Of a stretch of 64,000 bases of DNA, positions 63,884-64,000 are shown piece by piece. Position numbers and translations under genes: made by a program. This DNA comes from Squalus acanthias (Eukaryota): positions 95,730,001-95,794,000 of the forward strand of contig CM059431.1 in assembly GCA_030390025.1 (NCBI GenBank), given 5' to 3'. The notes beneath the pieces were generated by a model. That model did not search any database. It was not told the DNA's origin and saw nothing but the letters and a program-made list of their open reading frames with translations. Position 1 is the first letter of the stretch, and each line of letters starts with the position of its first letter.

Positions 63884-64000
63884 TAAGTCTATTACTATCT
63901 TTCTCACTGTTTACTACACTTCCAAGTTGCTTGTCATCTGCAATTATTGAAATTGTGCCCTGTACGGCCCCAAGTCCAAGGAGGGGGAGGAATTCCTGAA

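Overview
Eukaryotic (vertebrate) DNA made almost entirely of transposable elements. I found no host protein-coding gene, rRNA, functional tRNA or CRISPR array. The mix of CR1, L2, RTE, Tx1/L1 and Penelope retroelements with Deu-domain and LF-SINE-like SINEs suggests a cartilaginous fish such as a shark (inference). The dominant theme is a cluster of at least six two-gene PIF/Harbinger DNA transposons, each with a HARBI1-type DDE transposase and an intron-containing Myb/SANT partner gene arranged tail-to-tail, plus non-autonomous derivatives. Many elements are nested, with readable target-site duplications (TSDs). Most notable: (1) minimal hammerhead ribozyme motifs in short Penelope-like inserts, all three inserts lying at or near the 3' end of a Harbinger transposase gene, and one disrupting an otherwise open transposase; (2) a young Penelope element with an open RT-thumb/GIY-YIG frame and a variant hammerhead; (3) a conserved helical C-terminal domain in the Myb partner proteins that I cannot assign; (4) a SINE sharing its 3' tail with a LINE in the window; (5) an unexplained GC-rich module present in full inside a Tigger-like MITE and as a condensed three-block copy 33 kb away. 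Family names come from motif recognition without database searches, and boundaries lacking TSDs are approximate.
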